In this document: in pieces, positions 37,883 through 48,310 of the stretch
How positions within the stretch are numbered: position 1 is the first letter of the stretch
Layout of the letters: every line of letters begins with the position of its first letter
From: a bacterium
GTDB lineage: Bacteria > RBG-13-61-14 > DATKZS01
Direction of reading: 5' to 3'
NCBI GenBank assembly: GCA_963674965.2
Contig: CAXXFL010000004.1
Span: 1-64,000 of the forward strand
DNA: 64,000 nt
Notes under the pieces: generated by a model
Told to the model about the DNA's origin: nothing
What the model saw: only the letters and a program-made list of their open reading frames with translations
Databases searched by the model: none
Translations under genes and position numbers: made by a program

Positions 37883-40800
37883 TTACGTGCCCGGTTGGCC
37901 GTAGGGATCGGACTTCGCGGCCATGGACACGGATCGGTAGGCGCGGAGGAGTTCCTCCAGGTGGGCGCCCGAGGAGGAAAAATCTCCCTCTTTGGCCAGT
38001 TGCTCGATGCGGGCGGCGGGCTGGGCTAAAAGGTCGACCCTCATGTTCAGAGCCGCGCCCTTGATCGAGTGAGACTCGTGACGGGCGGCGTCGGCGTCCT
38101 TTCTCTCGAAGGCCCTTTGCAGGGTTTCTATTCTGGCCTCGGTATCCTTGAGAAAGGCATCGAGCAGTCTGGCGTAAGTTTCCGCGTTTATAATAAGTTC
38201 TTCCCTGATCAATTCCTCGGAAGGCAGCGGGCTGGACTCGGGGGAAGGGACCGCGGCTATTTCCTGGTCCGATTCGGACGCGGGAGGACCGGCCAAATAC
38301 CTGTCCAGATTCTCTTTCAATTTTCTTTTACCGATGGGCTTGGACATGAAATCGTTCATTCCCGCCTTGATGCAGGCCTTTTTATCCTCCTTCATCGCGT
38401 TGGCGGTCATGGCGACTATGGGCGACGTTACTCCCTTGGCGCGGATAATCCTGGTCGCCGCGAGACCGTCCATGTTCGGCATCTGCATGTCCATGAAAAT
38501 AAGGTCATATTCGCGGGCCGCGGCCATTTGCACGGCGATGGAGCCGTCCTCGGCCGAGTCGGTCTCGACGCCAAGACCGTCGAGCATGGCCAGCGCCATT
38601 TTGCGGTTGATCAAGCTGTCCTCGACGAGAAGGACCCGTGCCCGCTTGCCCGGTCCTTGCGAGCTTCGAGTGGGCCGGGGCGGGCAAAGCCTGGTTTTGC
38701 CATTTCCGGATACGGAGGTTGCAAGAGTGGTGAGCGCCGACAAGGCCACGTCTCCATCCCCAAGATACGTCGGCTTTACGGCGTCCGACTTGGGAAACCA
38801 CAACTCGAAGCTGAAGGTCGATCCTTTTCCCTCCCCGCTTTCCACCTCGACGTCTCCACCCATGAGGTTGACGAGCTTTCTGGAAATGGAAAGGCCAAGA
38901 CCGGTCCCGCCGAACTTCCTGGTGGTGGACCCGTCGGCCTGGGTAAAGGAGTCGAAGATGGTCTTCTGCTTATACCATGGAATCCCAATTCCAGTGTCGG
39001 TAACGGAAAAACGGATTTTCACCCTCTCCATGTCCTCCGCCGCGGCCTGGGCCCGGGTGACGACGCTTCCCGTTTGCGTGAACTTGACCGCGTTTCCAAG
39101 CAGATTGATAAGGACCTGACGCAGCCGGGTGGGGTCTCCGACCACGCCCTCCGGCACGTTCTCCATCTCGAGTGACATTTCAAGGCCCTTCTCGCGGGCC
39201 TTCACCCTGATGATATCGCCGGCCTCCGCCAGTATGTCCTCGATGCTGAAGGGAATCGACTCGAGCTCGACCTTGCCCGCCTCGATTTTCGACAAGTCCA
39301 GGACGTCGTTTATAAGGGCCATAAGGGCGTCGCTCGAGACCTTGATCATCTCGAGGGACTCCCGCCGCCGGGGGTCCGATTCCTCCTCGATCATCAACTC
39401 GGTAAAGCCGATGATGGCGTTCATGGGCGTTCTTATCTCGTGGCTCATGTTGGCCAAAAACTGGCTTTTGGCCACGTTGGCTATCTCGGCCTCCTTGGCC
39501 ATGTGGCTGGCCTTTTCCATGGCCATTTCCAGTTGGTCGTTGGTGGCCTCGAGTTCCTGGTTGGCCGCCCCGATCTGCTGCATGGCAGCCTCGAGCTGCT
39601 GGTTACTGGCGGAAAGCTCCTGGTTGGCCGCCGCGAGTTGCTGATAGGCCGCGTGAATTTCCTCCTTGGCCCGAAGGAGTTCACGCTCGGATTTCTTCCG
39701 GTCCGTAATATCGAGGAAGCTCTCGATCAAATGTCGTTTCCCGTTCAGCGTGACGGTGGTGACGCTTTTCAATATGGGTATTTTTTCCCCGGCGGCGTCT
39801 ACAAGGACATGCTCGGCATTATCCACGTTTTGTCCGAGGTCCATGATGGGGCAGCTTTCCTTGTGAGCCGGACAGAAGTGGTCGTTGCAGGAGTGATCGA
39901 GTATTTCCTCGCGGCTTCGTCCCAAAATATCCAGGGCTTTCTGGTTTATCTCGACGACGGTCCTGGTTTCCGCGTCGATAAGGACTATACCGATCAAAAC
40001 GGACTCGAGCAGCGCCTTTAATCGGTCCTCACTCTCCCGGAGTTCACGCTCGACCCGCTTTTTCTCGGTAATATCCTCTCCCGAGCACAAAACGCCCGTA
40101 AAGACGCCGCGTTCGTCCTTGAGGACCGAGCTCTGCCACGAGACTATCCGTTCGCGTCCGGTCCTTGTCACGATGGACTGCTCGTATTGTTCGGGCACGT
40201 CCAGCCTTCCGGACATTATCTCTTTATAGCCTTTTTTGAGCGCTCGCCTTTGCAAAGGCGCGAGGAAGTTATCGAACCAGTCAAGGCCTATCACGTCTTC
40301 ATCTTCCGCCTCGAGGATTTCCTTGCCCTTTTTATTAAGGAGGACGATGCCGCCCTGGCGGTCGAGGGCCAGAAATATGGATGGAGATAAATCAAGGTAT
40401 GTCCTGGCCTTATCTCTTTCCTTTTTAAGTTGTTCCTCGTAGGCGACGCGGTCGGTTACGTCCCGGTTGATGGCCCTGAAGCCGGCGAACCTTCCCTTTT
40501 CATCATAATAGGGCATGCCGGTCGTCTCGATTATTACCTCTTCCCCGTTCTTTCTCGTTTTCCTGCTCACGACCTTGGCGATGGGTACCCTGTTCTCGAT
40601 CAGATAATCGACGGTCTCGCGATAATTAGTCTTGTCCACCTCGGAAACGAAGTCGATATAGTTCTTACCTATAATCTCCTCGGACTCGTAACCCAAGATG
40701 GTTTTTACCGCCGCGCTGGAATACAGATAATTCTTCTCCTTGTCCGTCTCCAGAATCCAGTCTCCCGAGTTGTCGGCGATCTGGCTGAAGCGTTCCTCGC

Positions 40801-41650
40801 TTTTCTTTAAAAGCTCCGCCTTTTTCAAGACCCGGTTTCTTTCCCTGGCCGCGTAAAGGGCGAGGGCGGAAAAAAAGGCCAGCGAAAACATGGCCGTTAA
40901 AATATTGATAATAAAAGCTATCTTACGGTTATGCTCGTTGGACCGGTTCATGGCGGCGTCGGCCGCCATAACGTTCCTGGCAAGGTATCCCTCGAGTCTG
41001 GAGACGGGAAGGAAGAACTCGTCGATATAAGCCGTGGCCGCCACGTTGAGGCGATAACCGTCGGCCGTAACCTCGGGGGACTCGGCGACCCACATATACT
41101 TTTCTTTTATTTCTCCGCCCGGTTCGCGCCAATCGTAATATCCGCCTGCATCTCCCGCCTCCAGAGCGTCGCGCATGATGCGCCAGAAGCCGGGCAGTTC
41201 GCTTTCTAGCGTAACCAGGGGAAGGTCCTCGATTTCCTCGTGAGGGTGAAGGCGGCAAATGCCGGTTTCAACCTCGGTAATGGCCGTGTAGCCCGAGGAC
41301 CCTATCTTTTTGACGGCCAAGGACCGAAAGTACTCGTCGCGCTGTAGGTCCTTAATCGTGTACTCGGGATGACTTCTAAGATAGCAACCAATAATCGAGG
41401 CGACGCCCTCGGCGTGCTGGCGGATCGTCATCTCGCCGTGAAGACGGACCGACTCCGAGGCCTGGTGAACGGACTCGTCGCTGATGCCGGACAGGGCGGA
41501 GTTGGCTTCCTTCATGGTGCGCGAAACGCCCCAGTGCAAAGTATAAACGTTAAGAGAAACCAAAAGCGCCGTAATAACCAGAAAAAGCAGTACCAAAGAA
41601 CTGAGGAAGTCCGGTTTGATGATTTTCTTTATTTTATCCAATCCGCCCAT
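37883..41650 (-). CDS. Membrane hybrid sensor kinase (Cache-like, 3 PAS, HisKA, HATPase, REC, Hpt)
   Basis: FLANMSHEIRTP; GNAVKFT; FGGTGLGL; FMDMQMP; HSIKGAA. Confidence 0.93.
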   Translation of the reverse strand: MGGLDKIKKIIKPDFLSSLVLLFLVITALLVSLNVYTLHWGVSRTMKEANSALSGISDESVHQASESVRLHGEMTIRQHAEGVASIIGCYLRSHPEYTIKDLQRDEYFRSLAVKKIGSSGYTAITEVETGICRLHPHEEIEDLPLVTLESELPGFWRIMRDALEAGDAGGYYDWREPGGEIKEKYMWVAESPEVTADGYRLNVAATAYIDEFFLPVSRLEGYLARNVMAADAAMNRSNEHNRKIAFIINILTAMFSLAFFSALALYAARERNRVLKKAELLKKSEERFSQIADNSGDWILETDKEKNYLYSSAAVKTILGYESEEIIGKNYIDFVSEVDKTNYRETVDYLIENRVPIAKVVSRKTRKNGEEVIIETTGMPYYDEKGRFAGFRAINRDVTDRVAYEEQLKKERDKARTYLDLSPSIFLALDRQGGIVLLNKKGKEILEAEDEDVIGLDWFDNFLAPLQRRALKKGYKEIMSGRLDVPEQYEQSIVTRTGRERIVSWQSSVLKDERGVFTGVLCSGEDITEKKRVERELRESEDRLKALLESVLIGIVLIDAETRTVVEINQKALDILGRSREEILDHSCNDHFCPAHKESCPIMDLGQNVDNAEHVLVDAAGEKIPILKSVTTVTLNGKRHLIESFLDITDRKKSERELLRAKEEIHAAYQQLAAANQELSASNQQLEAAMQQIGAANQELEATNDQLEMAMEKASHMAKEAEIANVAKSQFLANMSHEIRTPMNAIIGFTELMIEEESDPRRRESLEMIKVSSDALMALINDVLDLSKIEAGKVELESIPFSIEDILAEAGDIIRVKAREKGLEMSLEMENVPEGVVGDPTRLRQVLINLLGNAVKFTQTGSVVTRAQAAAEDMERVKIRFSVTDTGIGIPWYKQKTIFDSFTQADGSTTRKFGGTGLGLSISRKLVNLMGGDVEVESGEGKGSTFSFELWFPKSDAVKPTYLGDGDVALSALTTLATSVSGNGKTRLCPPRPTRSSQGPGKRARVLLVEDSLINRKMALAMLDGLGVETDSAEDGSIAVQMAAAREYDLIFMDMQMPNMDGLAATRIIRAKGVTSPIVAMTANAMKEDKKACIKAGMNDFMSKPIGKRKLKENLDRYLAGPPASESDQEIAAVPSPESSPLPSEELIREELIINAETYARLLDAFLKDTEARIETLQRAFERKDADAARHESHSIKGAALNMRVDLLAQPAARIEQLAKEGDFSSSGAHLEELLRAYRSVSMAAKSDPYGQPGT

Positions 41651-42304
41651 GTCGCGTTTTATTAATGTTTTCCCCCCTGAAAGATTTATTTCTTAAGTCT
41701 CAAATGCAAATTGAGGGCCAGAGAAAAATGAAATATTTTATAAAAACAATCCGCGTCGTCCAGTCGGGGCAACAAACAAAATCGGTAAACCCCACCAGAC
41801 TAATATCGGGCTAGCCAATTTTTTCGTGATGCTTATAATGAGGTTTTTTAAAGGTTATTGCGGATGATGCACATGCACCTCGATGAGGTCGGGTAATAAT
41901 TGTCCAACAAGTATCAAGTGGTACACGCAACCGACGAGACTTGAATTTCCCAACTGGTACTCCCTTTGAGAACTGGATTCCCAAAGCCGGGAAATCAAAT
42001 GCAAAAAAAATCCTCCTGGCCAGTTCCCCTCCAGGAAGCAATTCAAAATGACAAATGATTATTTGCCGTCAATTTGCCTTCTTTTTACGTGTAGGTCTTT
42101 GTACGGCCTTGCCCTCCATTTTCTTGAAGCTTAAATTGAAAACCGCAATGTCCATCCAGTCAGCTTAAACAAACCGCGTCGTCAAGGCTTTGTCCTTCCC
42201 GTTTGAACCCTGCTCGGCGGCGCGTTCCAGTGAGAAGAAAAATTTAACGGCCGTCTTGCATTCGGGCGGAAATAAAGCTATTAAAATGTAGGAAGGAGGA
42301 CGGC

Positions 42305-42937
42305 ATGGAACAACTTAGAGAGTACGTAAAATTCGGGAAAGCGAACGAGACGGCCCAGCGGGTCAAGGAACTTCTCGACGGCGGCGCGGCGGCGGACAAG
42401 ATCATGAAGGAGGCCCTTATACCGGCCATGGACGAGGTGGGCGACCTTTTTCAAAAAGGCGAGTTTTTCGTGCCTGAGATGCTGGTGGCGGCCCGGGCCA
42501 TGCAGAGGGGCCTCGAGGTGATCAAGCCGATCCTGGTCGACGGCGGCATCGAGCCCCTGGGCAAGGTGGTGGTGGGCACGGTCAAGGGAGACCTCCACGA
42601 CATCGGCAAGAACCTGGTGACCATGGCCCTGGAGGGCGCCGGTCTCGAGGTGATCGACTTGGGGACGGACGTTCCGGCCGACAAGTTCGTCGAGGCCATC
42701 AAGAAGCATCAGCCCCAGGTGGTGGGCATGAGCGCTCTATTGACCACGACCATGCTGGCCATGAAGGACACCATGGAGGCGATAAAAAACGCGGGGCTTC
42801 GCGACCAGGTCAAGATCATGATCGGTGGGGCCCCCATCCGTCAGGAGTTTTGCGACGAGATAGGGGCGGACTTCTACGGTCCGGACTCGACCTCGGGCCG
42901 CAACTACGCCAGGGACGTGGTCACGGGCGAGGCCTGA
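42305..42937 (+). CDS. Corrinoid (cobalamin-binding) protein, MtaC/MttC-like
   Basis: Cap domain (EFFVPEML); GDLHDIGKNLV DxHxxG motif; MSALLTTT; IGGAP. Confidence 0.92.
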   Translation: MEQLREYVKFGKANETAQRVKELLDGGAAADKIMKEALIPAMDEVGDLFQKGEFFVPEMLVAARAMQRGLEVIKPILVDGGIEPLGKVVVGTVKGDLHDIGKNLVTMALEGAGLEVIDLGTDVPADKFVEAIKKHQPQVVGMSALLTTTMLAMKDTMEAIKNAGLRDQVKIMIGGAPIRQEFCDEIGADFYGPDSTSGRNYARDVVTGEA

Positions 42938-42939
42938 TC

Positions 42940-45765
42940 TCAAGAGGACCCCGGATCGCGTCCGAGGCCAAGCACCCTTTTTAGTTCCCGGGCGAAATCC
43001 GTCACGTGATAAGGCTTGGCGATGACGCCCAGGAAACCGTATTCACCGTGCCTGGCCATGACCGGGTCGTTGGAGTACCCGCTCGAGACGATAATCCTCG
43101 CCGCGGGATCGAGGCGAAGCAAATTGGCGGCGGCCTCCTTGCCGCCCATTCCTCCCGGTATGGTCAGGTCCATGATGACCGCGTCGAAGGGGCGGGACGA
43201 CTCCATGGCCCTTCTGTAAGTCTCGATCGCCTCGCTTCCCTCCCCCGTGGTTTCATACTCGTAGCCCAGGTTTTCAAGGAGGGCGCCCGCCAGCTTGCGG
43301 AGCGGGGCCTCGTCGTCCATGACCAGTATTCTCCCCTCCCCCCTCTCGACGCCGGCGAACTCGTCCGACCGAATCGGCGCCTTCTCCCTGGTGGCTGGAA
43401 GGTACACGGTCACGGCCGTTCCTTTTCCGATCTCGGACTCGATGTCGATATGGCCGTCGTGTCGCTTTACGATCGAGTAGCTGATGGCCAGTCCCAGGCC
43501 GCTTCCCTTTTGCTTGGTCGAGTAGTAGGGGTCGAATATTTTCGAGAGGTGCCTGGAGGGAATGCCCACGCCCGAGTCCTGAAAGGAAATCCTCACGTAT
43601 TCTCCCGGCTGGAGTTTCCCGCCCGGCGATGACTCGGGTGACGTGAAAACGGCGTTGCCGGCCCGGATTTGAAGTATCCCTCCCTCCGGCATGGCCTGGT
43701 CGGCGTTGATAACGATATTGTTGACCACCTGGCTGATCTGGCCGGAGTCGACCTCGGCCGGCAGCAGGTCCGCGTCGATCTCGTATTCGCACTTAACGTT
43801 AGAGCCCCGCAGGGAAAAGTCGGCCGATTCCCGGATCAGATCGGAGATGGTGGCCACCGACTTGAGAGGCGCCCCGCCACGGGCGAAGGTGAGAAGCTGC
43901 TTGGTCAAGGTCCCAGCCCTGGCGCAGGCCGCGTCCGCCTCCTCCAGGAGTTCCTCGGCGTGCTCCCCTCTTTTTATCTTTACCAGGTTGATGTTGCCCC
44001 GGATGGAAGTAAGGATGTTGTTAAAGTCGTGGGCGATGCCGCCGGCCAAAATGCCCATGGACTCGAGCTTCTGGGCCTTGAGAAGCTCCTCCTCCATCCT
44101 CTTCCTGTCGGTAACGTCCTCGTAGGTGACGAACTGCCTGCCCTCGGTTACGGTAACGGGACGGAAGATAATCTCCCTGAACTGACCGTTCTTGACGCGG
44201 ACCCGAAAAGAGCGGGGCCGGACCTGGCCGGGCCGGGAATTTTTAAGGTCCGAGGTCCAGATACCGATGACTTCCCTTCTGTATTCCTCGTCGGGATAGG
44301 CCAACTCGAACCACCGCCGTCCGCTGGGCACGTCCTCGAGCTCGTACCCGAAGACCTCGACGAACCGATTATTCACGTAGCTGTATTGTCCGTCCCTCTC
44401 GATGATCGAGATGGGGAAGGGTGAAAGGTCGGCCATGGTCCGGAATCTTTCCTCGCTCCTTTTCAACTCCTCCTCGGCAGCCTTGCGCTCATCAGTGGGA
44501 ATTACGATGGTCGAGACTCCGGTGACCTTGCCATGGGGCCCTAATATGGGGTTGTAGACCAGGTCGAAATAACGCCTCGCGCCGGCGACGTCGAGCACCG
44601 ACGTCTCGACCCGAATAAGTTCCCCCCGCATGGCGCGCCCGAAGTTCCTGATGAAATCTTTTTGAACTTCTCCTCCAAGGAGGCCCGGGAAGTAAACGCC
44701 TTCTTTGAGGACCGTCCCGAAAACGCCCAGGGCCTCGACCTCCACCGTGGAGTTGACGTCGGCTATCCTCATGTCCGGGTCAAGGAGCACGATACCCATG
44801 GCCCCGCTGTTGAAGATGGACCTCATCTTCGCCTCGGACTCGCGAAGTTCCTTGACCGCGTCGTGGCTCTCGGTCACGTCCCTGGTAATGACCTGTATCA
44901 TGCGGGGACTCTCCCCCTCCATGATCACGGAGGCCCGCGCCTCGGCTATCCGCGCGCTCCCGTCGGGCTGCTTGATCGTTAATTGGACGGGATCGACCGA
45001 CTCTCCCTTCAATAGCCTGGAGAACAAGCCGACGAAGCCCGGGATTTCCTCGGGATCGAGCCAGCCGAAGTCCAGGAAGCTTTTTCCGAACACGGCGTCG
45101 CTGGTGAATCCACTAAGGTCGATGGTGGCTTGATTGAGGTCGAGTATTTCTCCATTCAATCCGATGAGGGTGATAGAGTCGGGCGAGGCCTCGAAAAGGG
45201 CGCGGTATTTTTCCTCGCTCCTTTTTATCCGGGACTCGTAGCGTTTTCTTTCCGAGACGTCGCGGACGAGGGCCCACATGCCGATGGGTTTTCCCTGGGC
45301 GTCGGTCCGAAGATAGGCCCGGAGCTCGATGGGAATTGTCCGTCCGTCCGCGGTGAGGTACTCTTTTTCGTAGGCCTCCGAGTACCCCCGGGCCATGACC
45401 TGATTCCGAATGATTTCCCTTTCCGATTCATGCCACTTTCGCGGAGTAAAATCCTCGAAGTTCATGCCCGGGAGCTCGGACGAAGGGTATCCCACCATCT
45501 CCTGAAAAGCCTCGTTGAACTCGAGAATTTCCCCGCCCAGCGATACCTCGACCACTCCGTCCTTGAGGCCGCTCATAAGTTCCCGGTATTTCCTGGACGA
45601 GAGAGGACCCGAATCGGCTTCCGACGCCGCGCTCCTCGAGCCGTTCTCGGAGCGGGAGGCTCGAGCCTCGGCTTTCTCCAGGCGGTCCTTGAGTTCCAGG
45701 ACAAGCTCTCTTAGTCTTGCCGGCTCGAATTTGGATTCATCCTCGATGTCGCGCCGTTCCACCAT
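42940..45765 (-). CDS. Cytoplasmic multi-PAS hybrid sensor kinase with REC
   Basis: Four PAS-like segments; AGGIAHDFNN; NADQAM; GSGLGL; MDLTIPGG. Confidence 0.92.
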   Translation of the reverse strand: MVERRDIEDESKFEPARLRELVLELKDRLEKAEARASRSENGSRSAASEADSGPLSSRKYRELMSGLKDGVVEVSLGGEILEFNEAFQEMVGYPSSELPGMNFEDFTPRKWHESEREIIRNQVMARGYSEAYEKEYLTADGRTIPIELRAYLRTDAQGKPIGMWALVRDVSERKRYESRIKRSEEKYRALFEASPDSITLIGLNGEILDLNQATIDLSGFTSDAVFGKSFLDFGWLDPEEIPGFVGLFSRLLKGESVDPVQLTIKQPDGSARIAEARASVIMEGESPRMIQVITRDVTESHDAVKELRESEAKMRSIFNSGAMGIVLLDPDMRIADVNSTVEVEALGVFGTVLKEGVYFPGLLGGEVQKDFIRNFGRAMRGELIRVETSVLDVAGARRYFDLVYNPILGPHGKVTGVSTIVIPTDERKAAEEELKRSEERFRTMADLSPFPISIIERDGQYSYVNNRFVEVFGYELEDVPSGRRWFELAYPDEEYRREVIGIWTSDLKNSRPGQVRPRSFRVRVKNGQFREIIFRPVTVTEGRQFVTYEDVTDRKRMEEELLKAQKLESMGILAGGIAHDFNNILTSIRGNINLVKIKRGEHAEELLEEADAACARAGTLTKQLLTFARGGAPLKSVATISDLIRESADFSLRGSNVKCEYEIDADLLPAEVDSGQISQVVNNIVINADQAMPEGGILQIRAGNAVFTSPESSPGGKLQPGEYVRISFQDSGVGIPSRHLSKIFDPYYSTKQKGSGLGLAISYSIVKRHDGHIDIESEIGKGTAVTVYLPATREKAPIRSDEFAGVERGEGRILVMDDEAPLRKLAGALLENLGYEYETTGEGSEAIETYRRAMESSRPFDAVIMDLTIPGGMGGKEAAANLLRLDPAARIIVSSGYSNDPVMARHGEYGFLGVIAKPYHVTDFARELKRVLGLGRDPGSS

Positions 45766-46012
45766 CGCGTCACAATCATAGTCAAAAGCGGGGGATAACG
45801 TGATTGGGCCTCACCGCTAAATGGATCGATCTCCCATCCTGGGCGGGGGATCGAGTTTGGGGCCGCTTTGAAGGACGGCATGGGCCGGAAAAACTCCTTG
45901 GCCGCCGCGGCCAAAGCGGACGCACAATAAAGCCTAAGATAGCACGATACCGGCGTGACGCAATGAAAAGGTAGCTTATTTTCGGGTATTTTTTTCGCCG
46001 GCCTTTTCGAGA

Positions 46013-46666
46013 TCAGAACATGTTCTTCAGGCGCTCGATTTCCTCGCGGTCCGCGTCGGTTCCGGAGTCTTGTCTCTCGACGCTCCTGAAGATTTCCTCG
46101 CGGGAGGAGAAAACGTTTTGCAGGTGCAGCCTGGTGGTGACCATGCGCTTGGCGTTAATGAAAAGGAAGCCCTCCAGTATCTTGGACATGAGCCTGACCT
46201 GGAGCTTCAAGTCTTCCGCGACAATGGCGGGTATTCGCTCGATTTGTCTCGCGGTCACGGGTTTTATCATCTTGGCGACAAGCGAGCTTTTAATGGCCTC
46301 GACGTCGTCCTCGGGACTCCGGAAGGGGCCGACGATCACTCTTCCCATTATCTCCAGTTGATGGATCATGGGAAAGATGGCGTAGCGCATGCCGCAGGCG
46401 GTCTTGCTTTGAAGCACCTGGCCCGCGTCCAGGGGGGCCTTGGCCATTTTTTTTCTCGCTTCCTCGCAGGTGGATTTCATGGGGTCGTTCTGGACCATGC
46501 GGCAGAAGTCGTTTTTAGCCGGCGTCTCGAGCATTTCCTGTCCCTCAAGGCTGACGACGCGGACCCCGTATCCGAAGCACTGTGTCAGTGCCTGGCAGAC
46601 CTCCTTGAGGGTCGGCGGGTCAAGGAGGTCTACGAGGTTATATCTTTCATCGAGGACGGATTCCAT
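46013..46666 (-). CDS. Stand-alone PocR ligand-binding domain protein
   Basis: LVDLLD..TL; three Cys in FCR, TCE and ACG; PMIHQLEIMGRVIVGPF. Confidence 0.7.
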   Translation of the reverse strand: MESVLDERYNLVDLLDPPTLKEVCQALTQCFGYGVRVVSLEGQEMLETPAKNDFCRMVQNDPMKSTCEEARKKMAKAPLDAGQVLQSKTACGMRYAIFPMIHQLEIMGRVIVGPFRSPEDDVEAIKSSLVAKMIKPVTARQIERIPAIVAEDLKLQVRLMSKILEGFLFINAKRMVTTRLHLQNVFSSREEIFRSVERQDSGTDADREEIERLKNMF

Positions 46667-46668
46667 TC

Positions 46669-47376
46669 CTACATCCGAAAGTTGCCGGGAGTGACCATCG
46701 CCTTGTCCATGGAGACGTTGTCCTTTATTTTATCGGTCATGATGGACTCGATAAAATCGTTGACCTGGAAACCGAATTTCTTGTCGAAGTTGTATCTCTT
46801 GTTAAGGCTTTCAAAGGCCATGCGAATCAGGCACTCGAAGGTCTCGAACACTCCCTGGTGAATGGTGGCAACGCTGATAAAGGTGGGGAACCTGCTTTGT
46901 CCCCAGTCCTGCTTGATTTCCTCGACGGGCTTTATGTTGTCCAGGTCGCGCTTGTTGAACTGGATGACCACGGGAATGCTCTCGAAGTCGATCCCGTTCA
47001 GTTTAAGGTTCTCCTTTAAGTTCTTGAAGCTGATCGAGTTCGAGAGGGCCTGCGATTTCTGCGAGTCGGCCACGAACGCCACCGCGTCCGCGCCGGCCAG
47101 GACCGCCTTCCTCGTCGAGTTGTGGATGACCTGGCCGGGAACGGTGTACAACTTGAGCTTTACCGCCAGGCCCGAGGGGGTTTTGTACTGCAGAGGCAAA
47201 AGATCGAAGAAAAGGGTCCGGTCGTTTTGCGTCTCCAGACTCATCAGCCTTCCCCGGTGGTCGGGGTTGAATATCGTGTGTAAGGATTGCAGGTTGGTAG
47301 TCTTGCCGGACAGGGCCGGTCCATAATATACTACCTTGACCGATACCTCCTTATACTCCAGGTTCATCTGAACCAC
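46669..47376 (-). CDS. MglA-like small Ras-family GTPase (paralogue)
   Basis: KVVYYGPALSGKTTNL; DRTLFFD; YTVPGQV; FVADSQ; NKRDL; GTG start with AAGGAGG RBS. Confidence 0.9.
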   Translation of the reverse strand: MVQMNLEYKEVSVKVVYYGPALSGKTTNLQSLHTIFNPDHRGRLMSLETQNDRTLFFDLLPLQYKTPSGLAVKLKLYTVPGQVIHNSTRKAVLAGADAVAFVADSQKSQALSNSISFKNLKENLKLNGIDFESIPVVIQFNKRDLDNIKPVEEIKQDWGQSRFPTFISVATIHQGVFETFECLIRMAFESLNKRYNFDKKFGFQVNDFIESIMTDKIKDNVSMDKAMVTPGNFRM

Positions 47377-47604
47377 TACTCGACCCTCCTTAATGATCGA
47401 CCGCAAAGCGCTCGTCGATATCTTTATCCCGCGCGAGAAAAAGCGCCGGATAAATTGTTATTCTAGCACATACGAAAGCCCGGCGGCAACACCGCGAAAG
47501 ATTATTCCAAATTGACGCCCAAGCCCCCGAGCGATCCGACTATAACACCAAGCGCGGGCCAAGATCAATTCACCCGGAGTATTGAAACCGCGGGAATAAA
47601 AGCG

Positions 47605-48288
47605 TCACCCGCGGGAAATTTCCTTGAATTCCCTGACGGGCCAGGACCGCTTCCTGGCCTCCATTCTCAACAACCGGTCCGGGTTTACCACCATGGGAAC
47701 GCCGAACCTCTCGAGTACCTGGAGGTCGGTGATGCTGTCGGAGTAATAAAGGGACCTCGAGAGGTCGAGGCCGTGTTTGTCGGCGAATATCTCGGCGCAG
47801 GTTATTTTCCCTTCCCCAAAGCAGATGGGCCTGAGGAGCTTGCCGGTAAAATATCCCCTGTCGTCCACCTCGGGGGCGTTGCATACCCAGTGATCCACCC
47901 CCAGGTGACGGGCCAGGGGGCGGACAAGATATATGGAGGCCGCGGATAAAAGGACCACCACGTCGCCCTTGGCTTTATGCTCGTTAATAAGCTCAGCGGC
48001 CTCGGGATAAACGTGAGGCTTCACGTCCACCTCGAACCAGTCGTCGCAAAGCTCGATCATCTCCGACTCGGGCTCGCCCTTGTACTTGAGCGTCTCCTTG
48101 TCGGCCAGGGCCTCGAAGTCAAGCAGGTTAAGCTTGTACTTCACCAGGTAATAGGTGGTCATGAGCAGGGACCAGTAGCCCAGCTTTCCGTCCCTCATCT
48201 GGCGGCGGACGAAAAGCGAGACCGAGTTGTCGTCGAGTATGGTATAGTCCACGTCGAAGAAGGCCCCACGCTTTTTCGGCTCTTCCAC
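47605..48288 (-). CDS. HAD-IB (SerB-like) hydrolase
   Basis: FFDVDYT; LLSAAS; GEGK; YSDSITDL; VNPD. Confidence 0.9.
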   Translation of the reverse strand: MEEPKKRGAFFDVDYTILDDNSVSLFVRRQMRDGKLGYWSLLMTTYYLVKYKLNLLDFEALADKETLKYKGEPESEMIELCDDWFEVDVKPHVYPEAAELINEHKAKGDVVVLLSAASIYLVRPLARHLGVDHWVCNAPEVDDRGYFTGKLLRPICFGEGKITCAEIFADKHGLDLSRSLYYSDSITDLQVLERFGVPMVVNPDRLLRMEARKRSWPVREFKEISRG

Positions 48289-48310
48289 TTTTACCCCCGT
48301 CCCCTAAATC

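Noticed and set aside
39500-39680. Gln/Ala heptad repeats in the large kinase
   Set aside because: Ordinary signalling coiled coil preceding HisKA
41660-42300. Cobalamin riboswitch or small ORFs upstream of the corrinoid gene
   Set aside because: No B12-box or core motifs recognised; the short ORFs lack RBS or motif support
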